This document shows, piece by piece, positions 43,088-52,934 of a stretch of 64,000 bases of DNA. Origin of the DNA: Spirochaetia bacterium (GTDB lineage: Bacteria; Spirochaetota; Spirochaetia; DSM-2461). Made by a program: the position numbers and the translations under genes. How positions within the stretch are numbered: position 1 is the first letter of the stretch; each line of letters begins with the position of its first letter. The notes under the pieces were generated by a model that did not search any database, was not told where the DNA came from, and saw only the letters and a list, made by a program, of their open reading frames with translations. The DNA lies in contig CAXXIA010000002.1 in assembly GCA_963666985.2 (NCBI GenBank), positions 1,856,001-1,920,000 of the forward strand. Direction: 5' to 3'.

Positions 43088-43338
43088 GGCTTCACTCCCG
43101 CATTCATCAGAAACTTACGAATAGATTTCACAGCACCTTTATCCGTTTCCTTTCTCGGATGAGGTCGATGAACGATGATATCAACATCATTCAACGAGAA
43201 ACCGACTCTTGAACCCGAACCTTCTTTCTTTTCAGCTCCTAAATGAATTAGTAATGCTTCAATATCTCTCCAAGCAATGGATGAAAGTACAGGATCGGTG
43301 AAAATTGCTTGAAGGACTTTTCGATGCTTACTGTTCAC
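43084..43338 (-). CDS. hicA: HicA toxin (tandem duplicate)
   Basis: Same protein. Confidence 0.92.
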   Translation of the reverse strand: MNSKHRKVLQAIFTDPVLSSIAWRDIEALLIHLGAEKKEGSGSRVGFSLNDVDIIVHRPHPRKETDKGAVKSIRKFLMNAGVKP

Positions 43339-43472
43339 AAAATAAAGATATCACAATTTGATATCAGAATCAAGATTGGTAAATATTGCAACTGCTGTTT
43401 GAGATATCTTCCACTGGACATCCGTGTCCAGTGGAAGGATGGGGGATTGCTTTCGGAATCTCTGCCAACTTC

Positions 43473-43680
43473 CTTTAACAGCTGTTGATGCGCTCCGGCT
43501 GATAACGGGGTTATCAGCCTTCGGGGCTTCGCCCAAATTCGTCTTTGTCAGAGATTTTGCTTGTGTCTCACGTTGTGGTAAGATGAGTAGCAGTTAGCGG
43601 TTGGGTTTGTGAAGAATCGCAAAATCTCCGCCAACCGCTGGCGCGGACGACGAACTTCGCATACCAGCGGAACGTTATGT
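43473..43680 (+). repeat. attC-like site 22
   Basis: Same body as site 21. Confidence 0.9.
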
Positions 43681-43730
43681 GCTTTTTCGTTTTTCCAGTT
43701 AATAACATTAATTGCCATAAGGAGGGAGAA

Positions 43731-44183
43731 ATGGGCATCAATTATCAATTAAAAGCAGAAAAAGGCAAAATCGAAGATGAATTAAATTCCGCAATTAACA
43801 GGCTTATTTCTGGCTGCGAAAAGCTTGATATGGCTTTAGCCTTCGAAATCTTCTCAGATTCATCTGAGTTCTTGATGATGGGAACGGATGGAAGCCTTTG
43901 TGATTATCAGACTTACTTGAAAAACAATATCGACTATTTATCCGGTTGTGAAAGTTTTAAGTTGATAACGTTTGATCGAAAAATACGAATCATAAACAGT
44001 GAGGTAGCTATCTTCTCATGGGCTTATGGGGTTGAGGCAAAATTAAGAACGGGAGATATTGATATTATTGATAATGCAGGAGCTTCTTTTGTCTTCCGAA
44101 AAATAGAGAATACATGGAAGGTTGTATATTATCATGAGTCATCAGTACCTCCGAAAAGAAACTCTCCACCAAGAGAATCATGA
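43731..44183 (+). CDS. NTF2/SnoaL-like protein
   Basis: C-terminal FVFRKIENTWKVVYYHES; GGAGGGAG RBS. Confidence 0.82.
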   Translation: MGINYQLKAEKGKIEDELNSAINRLISGCEKLDMALAFEIFSDSSEFLMMGTDGSLCDYQTYLKNNIDYLSGCESFKLITFDRKIRIINSEVAIFSWAYGVEAKLRTGDIDIIDNAGASFVFRKIENTWKVVYYHESSVPPKRNSPPRES

Positions 44184-44277
44184 CGATTGAAATCCAAGTG
44201 TAAATAAGGGATTACACAGAACGTCTCGCAAGTATCGCTTTCTGTTGCTGTTTATAGTGATGTCGGAATCAGAATAT

Positions 44278-44682
44278 ATGGAAAATGAAATAGTAATAGA
44301 TAAAAAATCCAGCCGGGCGATTTGGGCTCTATAGTGGAATTGCATGGCAACTATTACAGCAAGCATTTTGGCTATAACATAACCTTTGAACCATATGTTG
44401 CTTTACCTCTTGCTAAGAAGAAAGCAAAAACTGCGCAGTTGAGATGGTTTATCCTTGATGGAAGTCTCCAAGGAAAAGGCATTGGAAATCAACTAATGAG
44501 ATTTTCTATTGATTTTGCAAGAGAAAAAGGATTTTACAAGCTGATTCTCTGGACGGTAAGGGATCTAAAAAGTGCGATTCATCTGTACGAAAAGAATCTT
44601 TTTTTTGCTTAAGAAAGAAGTTTCCCACAAGATTTGGGGGGTGGAATTGACGGAACAACACTATGAATTGAAGTTGAAATAG
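44278..44682 (+). pseudogene. Frameshifted GNAT acetyltransferase
   Basis: AQLRWF...QGKGIG...LWT...AIHLYEK; frame breaks in A- and T-runs. Confidence 0.75.
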
Positions 44683-44748
44683 GGTTAATTCCGAATACTC
44701 TGTTTAAGAAGATGAACTCTCAATAAAGACAAATATGAGGGAAAAAGC

Positions 44749-44956
44749 ACATAACAGCTGTTGATGCGCTCCGGCCGCTAAAAGTGTTTAGCGGCCTCCG
44801 GGGCTTCGCCCAAATTTGCCTCTGTCATAGATTTTGCGTAAGTCTGTCTCTGTGGTATTATAAGTTGCAGTTAGCGATTGAGATTGTAAAATTTCGCAAA
44901 ATCTCCGCCAGTCGCTACGCGAACGGCAAACTTCGCATAACAGCGGGCCGTTTTAC
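44749..44956 (+). repeat. attC-like site 23
   Basis: ACATAAC...GTTTTAC. Confidence 0.9.
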
Positions 44957-45072
44957 GAAAAAATCCAGAAGGCCTTTTACCGTGGCGGCGTTCGAACCGC
45001 CACGAACAGAATCATCTTATTGATATAGGATCTATTTATGAAGATAAGAAAACCTTAAAGCAGGTGTGAATA

Positions 45073-45909
45073 TTAGACTGATATTTCATCAAAGAAATCT
45101 TTCCAACGATACTTTGGTTTCCAATCAAGAAGTTGTTTAATATTTGTACAATTAACCAAAGATTTATAAGGTGTTTCTATATATTCTTTACCGCCCCTCC
45201 AGTCTGCAAAAGGGCATATTTTGTTTACCAGATCAATACTACTCAATCCGGAGGTAGTAATATCATCGGAAGAGATTCCATAACAATGGTATCCAGAAAA
45301 ATTAGTTGTACTTGCCGTAAGAATTACTTCTGAAAGATCTCGAATATCAATAAATGCACCATATTCCCAATATGGAGACCATTCATATTCAGGATTCGCC
45401 CTTCTCTTTTCCACTATGAAATTATAAGTACATTCGTTCCAAATCCCTGGAGCACGAATACATAAAACAGTTATTCCTTTTGATAGAGAATATTCTTTGC
45501 ATGCCTCTTCAGCCAGTTTCTTTGAGATTGAATAACTCCTTATCGGGTTACATGGATAGTTATCATCAATTGGTAAATATTCCGGTTGCCCTTCTCCTTG
45601 GAAAATTCCAAGAGCATCAACGCTACTCATAAATATTAGCTTTTTAATCTTGCAATAGACCATTGCATTGAGAATATTGTATGTTCCAATTAGATTGGTT
45701 CTCAAAGTATCAAGAGGTGAATCATTCTCAATTGCAGCTAAGTGAATAACTACATCGCATCCATTCATATTTTGCACAAGTAATTCAAAATTATGGATGT
45801 CTTGATTATTACTTAAATCATATCCAATTACATTATGTCTATTAGCTTTAAACTTCGCTGATACTTCACAACCAAGAAACCCAGCATTGCCAGTAATAAA
45901 AGCCTTCAT
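45073..45909 (-). CDS. NAD-dependent epimerase/dehydratase (extended SDR)
   Basis: ITGNAGFLG, HLAA, YSISK. Confidence 0.88.
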   Translation of the reverse strand: MKAFITGNAGFLGCEVSAKFKANRHNVIGYDLSNNQDIHNFELLVQNMNGCDVVIHLAAIENDSPLDTLRTNLIGTYNILNAMVYCKIKKLIFMSSVDALGIFQGEGQPEYLPIDDNYPCNPIRSYSISKKLAEEACKEYSLSKGITVLCIRAPGIWNECTYNFIVEKRRANPEYEWSPYWEYGAFIDIRDLSEVILTASTTNFSGYHCYGISSDDITTSGLSSIDLVNKICPFADWRGGKEYIETPYKSLVNCTNIKQLLDWKPKYRWKDFFDEISV

Positions 45910-46155
45910 GTTTACATTTCTGCAACAGCAGATCCTCACAAATAGTATTCGTTTATTGTATTATCGATTAGCAAAAGCCAAAAAAAATCGCGAAAAGGTA
46001 CTCTAAGAAGAATAACACGTCTCATCTATATGAAATATAGAAATGAGAAATACCTTAGTTCTTTTATAGGCCTTCTATTATTTAGTTATAGAAATCTGAA
46101 TCATTTCCTGTGATTCAGATAAAATACTTCTTGGCTCTCCTAGCTGAATTTCTTC

Positions 46156-46367
46156 GTAAAACAGCTGTTGATGCGCTCCGGCGTCAACTGGCGTTGCCGC
46201 CTCCGGGGCTTCGCCCAAATTTCGCTTTGGCCATGGCTCTTGCAGATGCAGCTCGGTAAGTGATGTGATACCATCAAAGGCGAACATGGTATTGCTGAAA
46301 CAAGCAAGAGCACATGCCAACCGGCTTCGCCGGCCGCGAAACTTCGCATACCAGCGGGCCGTTTAGT
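46156..46367 (+). repeat. attC-like site 24
   Basis: GTAAAAC...GTTTAGT. Confidence 0.9.
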
Positions 46368-46436
46368 GAAATAATCGAAATTGTATTCTAGCGCCTCGGC
46401 ATCCGTGCCTCGGCGATTAGTAATAGGAGGTTCCCA

Positions 46437-46847
46437 GTGGCAGATCCAAGAGCGTTCATTAGTTTTGATTTTGATCATAACGAGACAGAAAAGAATCTTT
46501 TCGTTGGACAATCAAAAAACTCAAAAACACCATTCAGCATAGAAGATTGGTCGTCAAAATCATCCCTACCACAAGACCAATGGCAAAAACTAATTAAGGA
46601 TAAGATTAACAGATGCAATATGGTAATAGTTCTTGTTGGTAGGTATATGGCATCAGCAACAGGTGTGGGTAAAGAAATTAAGTTTGCTAAAGATTTAGAT
46701 GTCCCAGTCTTTGGTGTTTATGTTGATGGTGCAAATACTTCTAGCAATTTGCCTGGTGGACTGCCTCGCAATCGGACAATAGTCTGGAACTGGCCCAATA
46801 TCGCAGCAGCTGTCAATCAAATGATGGGTGAAGGGAAGAACCGATGA
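46437..46847 (+). CDS. ThsB-like TIR domain protein
   Basis: AFISFDFD...VIVLVG...GVGKEI (putative catalytic Glu). Confidence 0.85.
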   Translation: MADPRAFISFDFDHNETEKNLFVGQSKNSKTPFSIEDWSSKSSLPQDQWQKLIKDKINRCNMVIVLVGRYMASATGVGKEIKFAKDLDVPVFGVYVDGANTSSNLPGGLPRNRTIVWNWPNIAAAVNQMMGEGKNR

Positions 46848-47809
46848 GGAAAGCGTTGTGTGTCGGCATTAACGATTATGGCAAAAACTCGTTAAAAGGA
46901 TGTATCGCCGATGCGTCTGCAATAGCTACGCTCCTAGAAACGCACGGAGATGGTTCTCCAAACTTTGATATTCGCCTAGAAACGGATGTAGCAAAGAAAG
47001 CATCTTTGAAGGGTATGATTTCAGAACTCTTTTCTGGCGATTGTGAAACAGCATTGTTCTACTTTTCTGGTCATGGTTTTCTAAATGAGCTTGGTGGCTA
47101 CATTGTCACGCCTGATTATTCAAAATACGACGAGGGCGTTTCGATGGACGATATTTTGAAGTATGCCAATGATTCTAAGATCAAGGATAAAATTGTAATT
47201 CTAGATTGCTGTCATTCGGGAGCAATGGGTTCTCCTGCAATTACCGGTAATACCTCACTGCTTAATGAAGGTGTTTCGATTCTTACTGCTAGTCGTGACG
47301 ACGAATCTTCGATAGAGATTAATGGTCATGGTGTATTTACGAATTTGCTCCTTGATGCTCTTCAAGGTGGAGCTGGCGATTTGAGAGGTCATATTTCACC
47401 AGGTGGCATTTATGCTTTCGTGGATCAGGCTCTTGGAGCATGGGATCAACGACCAGTTTTTAAAACAAATGTATCGCGTTTTACTTCACTACGGAAAGTC
47501 ATACCTCAAGTACCTGCTGCTATACTGCGAAAACTAGTTGATTTCTTTCCCAATCCACAGGATGAGTTCAAACTCGATCCGTCATTTGAAGATACAAATT
47601 CGACAGACATCAAGCATAAGTTAATAGAGCCATATGCAAATCCTGATCACGTTGAGGTTTTTAAGAAGTTGCAGAGCCTACAAAGTGTAGGCCTGGTGGT
47701 TCCTGTAGATGCCGACTATATGTATTTTGCTGCTATGGAATCTAAATCATGTAAACTAACATCACTTGGTTCCCATTATTGGCGTCTGGTTAAAGACAAG
47801 AGAATTTAA
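46844..47809 (+). CDS. Caspase-like (C14) protease
   Basis: ALCVGINDY, FYFSGHG, ILDCCHSG dyad. Confidence 0.9.
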   Translation: MRKALCVGINDYGKNSLKGCIADASAIATLLETHGDGSPNFDIRLETDVAKKASLKGMISELFSGDCETALFYFSGHGFLNELGGYIVTPDYSKYDEGVSMDDILKYANDSKIKDKIVILDCCHSGAMGSPAITGNTSLLNEGVSILTASRDDESSIEINGHGVFTNLLLDALQGGAGDLRGHISPGGIYAFVDQALGAWDQRPVFKTNVSRFTSLRKVIPQVPAAILRKLVDFFPNPQDEFKLDPSFEDTNSTDIKHKLIEPYANPDHVEVFKKLQSLQSVGLVVPVDADYMYFAAMESKSCKLTSLGSHYWRLVKDKRI

Positions 47810-47923
47810 AGTTTTCTCTTCATTCCTTGATTTTGGTGTATGAAAAGATGAAAACTAAAACGTCAGAAGCACATCGTGTGCTTCTGACGGATATTTTTGT
47901 TTTTTTTAAATATCGATTACTTC

Positions 47924-48196
47924 ACTAAACAGCTGTTGATGCGCGGCGGCCGCTAAAGGTGTTTAGCGGCCTTGGGCCGAGCGATGGGAAACTATGAGTT
48001 TTATGATTTCTGTAAACGGGAAGAATCAAACTGGTTCGGCTCGGCCAAATTTCGTTTTGGCCATGGTTCTTGCAGATGCGTTCCTGGAAGTTGTGTGATA
48101 GGCTCAAATGCAAACAGGCTTTCTGTTAAAGAGCAAGAACGCATGCCAACCGGCTTCGCCGGACACGAAACTTCGCATACCAGCGGGCCGTTAAAG
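47924..48196 (+). repeat. attC-like site 25 (long form)
   Basis: ACTAAAC...GTTAAAG. Confidence 0.9.
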
Positions 48197-49034
48197 GAAA
48201 TTCGGACGACGGAATAAAATGGGTCTCTTTTTTGAAGTGTTTTTCTATGGCAGGCCTTTCCCCTTCATTTGAACAAGTAACAGAAACAGAATCCCTTTGA
48301 GTGGTCAGATCTTTTTAACAGGCCTTCCTTCTCTTTGAACAAAACAGGTCGTTTTGATACGGCTTTCTCCTCACCCCCCTGCGCCTTTGAGATCATCTTC
48401 AAGAAAAAAACCAAAAGCATCGGAATAAAACTCGCTTCGGGATCAGAAGCACTTAGTGATAAGGCGGTCGGTTCGGGAGAACATGTGTCGTGAAGGTTTA
48501 TGGTTTTTAACGATAATGGGAATCGCTCATGAGAAAATCCTTATCCGTTGATGGTTATCGCTTCGGGAAATGAGGCGCTTCCGGTTTGATCGGTTCGCGA
48601 GAAAAGGGGTGGTAGCCTGAGAAGAATGAAGGGATGGAGATGAGAAGAATGGAGATTGTTTTCTCCGTGGTTTTGCCTTTGAGAATAAGGCTGAATGCTT
48701 CGGGGAATACCGGTGTAGAAGGAGAAGACGAACATTCGGATTTATAGAATCAGTCCTGATTGAAGAATGGCGGGAAAGGCGAATTGCATCGGATGATGGC
48801 CTGAGTAAAGTGATGAGGCGATGAAAGGGAGAATCGGGGTTAGTATGAGAGAATGGATAGCCATTTCGATGAATGAGTAGAAAGCGGAAGAGGGAAGTCT
48901 GTAAAAGGATGAATGAAGAAAAGATGAGAAGGAGAAGGGCAAGAGGAATCGAAACAAAGGGTCCGGTAAAACGGCGAGGAGGGGTGAGGAGAAGGAGAGG
49001 TTTTTATAGATGCGTCGTCCGAACTTCCTTTAAC
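48190..49034. other. ORF-less cassette family N1, copy c
   Basis: Near-identical to 14640-15484 with scattered substitutions. Confidence 0.78.
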
Positions 49035-49300
49035 AGCTGTTGATGCGCGTCGGCCGCTAAAAGTGTTTAGCGGCCTTGGGCCGAGCGATGATAGTCATAT
49101 GAGAGTAGTTGGTTTTCGAAAAGAGAAAATCAGCATGAATCGGCTCGGCCAAATTTCGCTTTGGCAATGGTTCTTGCAGATGCGTTTCTGAAAGTTGTGT
49201 GATAGGCTCAAATAAGAACAGGCTTTCTGCTGAAGTGCAAGAACACATGCCAACCGGCTGCGCCGGCCGCGAAACTTCGCATACCAGCGGACCGTTTGAT
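49028..49300 (+). repeat. attC-like site 26 (long form)
   Basis: CTTTAAC...GTTTGAT. Confidence 0.9.
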
Positions 49301-49537
49301 GACAGAATTAATTTAGGAAATAGTTTTTCTCATTTTTTTAAAAAAGAGGAGGCAATTCCCCGCACAAATATCAATTTAAATTCGTGAAAAGCTCTGAAAG
49401 TTTTTGAGAAAAAATCAAAGTGTTCCATTTGTCGTGGTTGATTCTCCTGATATGAGTCTTCTTCAGTTGAATACGAACAAGAGAGCCTTTTCACGGTGTT
49501 TGATCTTTATGGGCTTTGCTTAATTCCGTCATCAAAC
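49294..49537. other. ORF-less cassette N2
   Basis: Homologous to 40547-40789. Confidence 0.8.
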
Positions 49538-49800
49538 AGCTGTTGATACGCTCCGGCCGCTAAATCTCTTTAGCTGCCTTCGGGCCGAGAAGATGGTTAT
49601 TAGTTGAGTGTTATGATATTTGCAAAGAGGAAATGGGATTGAAACGGCTCGGCCAAATTTCGCTTTGGCTGCTTTTGTTGAGATGTTTTGGTTCGTAATC
49701 TGTGGTAATGTTAAAAGCGAGCGGAGGTTCTGGTAATTTCGTGGGGCAGCCAACCGGCTCCGCCGGACGCGAAACTTCGTATACCAGCGGGCCGTTTGAT
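49531..49800 (+). repeat. attC-like site 27 (N2-linked type)
   Basis: ATCAAAC...GTTTGAT. Confidence 0.9.
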
Positions 49801-50038
49801 GACAGAATTAATTTAGGAAATAGTTTTTCTCATTTTTTTAAAAAAGAGGAGGCAATTCCCCGCACAAATATCAATTTAAATTCGTGAAAAGCTCTGAAAG
49901 TTTTTGAGAAAAAATCAAAGTGTTCCATTTGTCGTGGTTGATTCTCCTGATATGAGTCTTCTTCAGTTGAATACGAACAAGAGAGCCTTTTCACGGTGTT
50001 TGATCTTTAAGGGGCTTTGCTTAATTCCGTCATCAAAC
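49794..50038. other. ORF-less cassette N2 (tandem duplicate)
   Basis: 500 bp offset copy. Confidence 0.8.
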
Positions 50039-50301
50039 AGCTGTTGATACGCTCCGGCCGCTAAATCTCTTTAGCGGCCTTCGGGCCGAGAAGATGGTTG
50101 TTAGTTGAGTGTTATGAGATTTGCCAAGAGGAAATGAGATTGAAACGGCTCGGCCAAATTTCGCTTTGGCTGTTTTTGTTGAGATGTTTTGGTTCGTAAT
50201 CTGTGGTAATGTTAAAAGCGAGCGGAGGTTCTGGTAGTTTCGTGGGGCAGCCAACCGGCTCCGCCGGACGCGAAACTTCGTATACCAGCGGGCCGTTTGG
50301 T
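50032..50301 (+). repeat. attC-like site 28 (N2-linked type)
   Basis: ATCAAAC...GTTTGGT. Confidence 0.9.
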
Positions 50302-50412
50302 GCAATATTAGAAAATGTCATAAATTATATCTTTCGGGGATATTGGTACAAGTTTCATTATGTCGGCAAAGTCGTATTGAATTATAGTTATACTTAAGTT
50401 ATACTTGGCGGT

Positions 50413-50655
50413 ATGAAAACGGCAATCTCAATTCCAGATCAATTGTTCAATGACGCTGAGATAACAGCAAAACAATTAGGACTGGCAAGAAGTCAGTTAT
50501 ATGTTAAGGCAATAAAAGAATATATAGACAATCATAATAAAGACAAAATACGAGAGAAACTTAACTCAATTTATTCCACAAACACTAACATCACCGAAAT
50601 TGATAATATCGGAGTTGATTCACTTCGCCAGGCAACATTAAATGATACGTGGTGA
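50413..50655 (+). CDS. RHH antitoxin (duplicate cassette)
   Basis: Same protein as 15794-16036. Confidence 0.88.
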   Translation: MKTAISIPDQLFNDAEITAKQLGLARSQLYVKAIKEYIDNHNKDKIREKLNSIYSTNTNITEIDNIGVDSLRQATLNDTW

Positions 50656-50983
50656 AATTTGGTGGGCTGATTTAGGGCTTCCATTCGGAAGTGAGCCTGG
50701 ATTTAAGCGGCCAGTCGTTATAATACAAGACGATTCGTTCAACAAAAGTAAAATTCAAACGGTAATTGTCGCGTCAATAACAACAAATTTAAATTTAGCC
50801 GATGCCCCTGGAAATGTTTACATAGAATCAGAAGAATCTGGATTATCCAAAGTTGGAGTAATAAACATTTCACAGATATCAACTATAGATAAAAGGCGAT
50901 TAATAGAAAGGGTAAAGATACTACCGTCTAGTATCATGGAAGAGCTAGATTTTGGAATAAAAATTATTTTGAATATCAGATAG
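50642..50983 (+). CDS. mazF: MazF toxin (duplicate cassette)
   Basis: Same protein as 16023-16364. Confidence 0.92.
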   Translation: MIRGEIWWADLGLPFGSEPGFKRPVVIIQDDSFNKSKIQTVIVASITTNLNLADAPGNVYIESEESGLSKVGVINISQISTIDKRRLIERVKILPSSIMEELDFGIKIILNIR

Positions 50984-50998
50984 ATTTTCTGATACTGC

Positions 50999-51211
50999 AC
51001 CAAACAGCTGTTGATGCGCTCCGAATACATTTGCAAGCAAATGTATTCTCCGGGGCTCCGCCCAAATTTCGCTTTGTCATGGCTCTTGCAGATGCGTTTC
51101 TGTAAGTTGTGTGATAATCTGAAGAGCGAACGGGCTTTCTGCTAAAGGCAAGAGCACATGCCAACCGGCTGCGCCGGCCGCGAAACTTCGCATACCAGCG
51201 GGCCGTTATAT
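50999..51211 (+). repeat. attC-like site 29
   Basis: ACCAAAC...GTTATAT; body nearly identical to site 14. Confidence 0.9.
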
Positions 51212-51263
51212 GCAGTGCTTTGAAAAAGCTTAAAATATACCACTTGTTGAAGGGCTAAATTAA

Positions 51264-51860
51264 TTGATTGATATAAATATAGTAGCAAGAAATAATTTTG
51301 AATTTGCCCAGAAAATAATTGAAGAATTGAAAATTGAGACAATTTGGAAAAAGTATAATTCTACAGCAAATTTAGTTGGTTCAATGAAAACAGGTCTTCT
51401 GATGAATCATCTTGATATTGATTATCATATCTATTCAGAAGATTTTAGCATTAAGACAAGTTTTTCTGCGGTTGCTGAAATTGCACAAAATCCTCGAGTA
51501 AAACAGATACATTTCAAAAATAATCTCGAAGAAGAAGATAGATGTCTTGAGTGGCATTTAGAGTATTTAGATAAACAAGTCCGTATTTGGCAGATTGATC
51601 TCATCCATATTATGAATGATTCTCCATATGTCGGAACATTTGAACGAGTTGCAGAAAAGATAAATCTGGTCTTAACAGATGAATTGAGATCAAAAATTCT
51701 AAATATCAAGTGGAATCTTTCAAAAGGCAATAATAAAGCAATGGGTATTGAAGTCTGTAAGGCTGTAATTGATGATAACGTTTCAACATACCCAGAATTT
51801 TTAAAATGGAAAGAAAATAACTCCAATGAAGGTATTATGATCTGGGAGCCTAAAGCTTGA
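51264..51860 (+). CDS. Nucleotidyltransferase-like protein
   Basis: LVGS...DID...WQIDL (pol-beta-type motifs). Confidence 0.6.
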   Translation: MIDINIVARNNFEFAQKIIEELKIETIWKKYNSTANLVGSMKTGLLMNHLDIDYHIYSEDFSIKTSFSAVAEIAQNPRVKQIHFKNNLEEEDRCLEWHLEYLDKQVRIWQIDLIHIMNDSPYVGTFERVAEKINLVLTDELRSKILNIKWNLSKGNNKAMGIEVCKAVIDDNVSTYPEFLKWKENNSNEGIMIWEPKA

Positions 51861-51869
51861 AACTGTGTA

Positions 51870-51899
51870 TTGACAATAGGCACACATTTTTAGTATTTT
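51870..51899 (+). promoter_or_regulatory. Promoter of brnTA-like TA
   Basis: TTGACA-18-TATTTT directly before ATG 51905. Confidence 0.55.
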
Positions 51900-51904
51900 A
51901 AACC

Positions 51905-52198
51905 ATGATATTTGACTGGAATGAAGAAAAGAATACTCAATTAAAGAAAGAACGAAATATCAGTTTTGAACGAGTTGTTGTTGCAATTGAGGAAGATGGT
52001 ATTCTTGATATTCTGGAGCACCCCAATCAACAGAAATATAAGAATCAGTATCTTATAATTTTAGAAATCGATTTGTATGCATACGTAGTTCCGGCAGTAG
52101 TTAATGAAGAATGTTGGTTCTTAAAAACTATTTTTCCAAGTAGAAAATATACGAAGATATATTTAAAGGCTGAAAAAGGAGAGAATCATGGGAAATGA
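51905..52198 (+). CDS. BrnT-family toxin
   Basis: FDWNEEKN...RNISFE...LKTIFPSRK. Confidence 0.85.
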   Translation: MIFDWNEEKNTQLKKERNISFERVVVAIEEDGILDILEHPNQQKYKNQYLIILEIDLYAYVVPAVVNEECWFLKTIFPSRKYTKIYLKAEKGENHGK

Positions 52199-52454
52199 AG
52201 AAAAGATATTAGAACAGTCTATTGAGAATGATGAATGGATTTCTGTCAAAAATAAAAATGAAATGATTAGTAATTTAAAGGAAACAGCCAGAAATACAAT
52301 GCTGAAAGATCAGCGTATGAATGTTCGAATCAGCAAGAGAGATCTTGTACAACTTAAAGCTCGGGCATTAGAAGAAGGCATTCCATATCAGACGCTCGTA
52401 ACAAGTATTATACATAAATACATTTCAGGCAGTTTCCAAGAAGTTGTACGTTAA
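52188..52454 (+). CDS. BrnA/RHH antitoxin
   Basis: MNVRIS...EEGIPYQTL. Confidence 0.85.
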   Translation: MGNEEKILEQSIENDEWISVKNKNEMISNLKETARNTMLKDQRMNVRISKRDLVQLKARALEEGIPYQTLVTSIIHKYISGSFQEVVR

Positions 52455-52473
52455 AGAAAAGAAGGTGCACTGC

Positions 52474-52681
52474 ATATAACAGCTGTTGATGCGCTCCGGC
52501 CGCTAAAAGTGTTTAGCAGCCTCCGGGGCTTCGCCCAAATTTGCCTCTGTCATAGATTTTGCGAGAGGCTGAAGTCGTGGTAAGATGAGTTGCAGTTAGC
52601 GGTTGATGTTGTGAAGAATCGCAAAATCTCCGCCAGTCGCTGCGCGAACGGCAAACTTCGCATACCAGCGGACCGTTTTAC
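52474..52681 (+). repeat. attC-like site 30
   Basis: ATATAAC...GTTTTAC. Confidence 0.9.
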
Positions 52682-52934
52682 GAAAAAATCTAAATGGCCT
52701 TCTACCGTGGCGCCGTCCATGGCGCCACGAATAGTTACATTGCAAAGCCTAAAACTTAATAAAAATTCCAGAAAATACGGCGAAAGCGAATCAATAGTCA
52801 ACCTCAAAGCGAGAAGAAACATATAATATATCGTCAAAAACAACAGAATTTTTACCTTATAGGTCCTGCGGACAATTTGCAATTTTAAATCTATCTACTA
52901 ATAAAGTTTTAGCTACATTTAATTGTTAGATAGA

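Noticed and set aside
41046..43680. hicAB duplication as a pure assembly artefact
   Set aside because: Unit boundaries match cassette boundaries and the copies differ by at least one base (GATACTGTCTC versus GATACTATCTC); long reads would settle it
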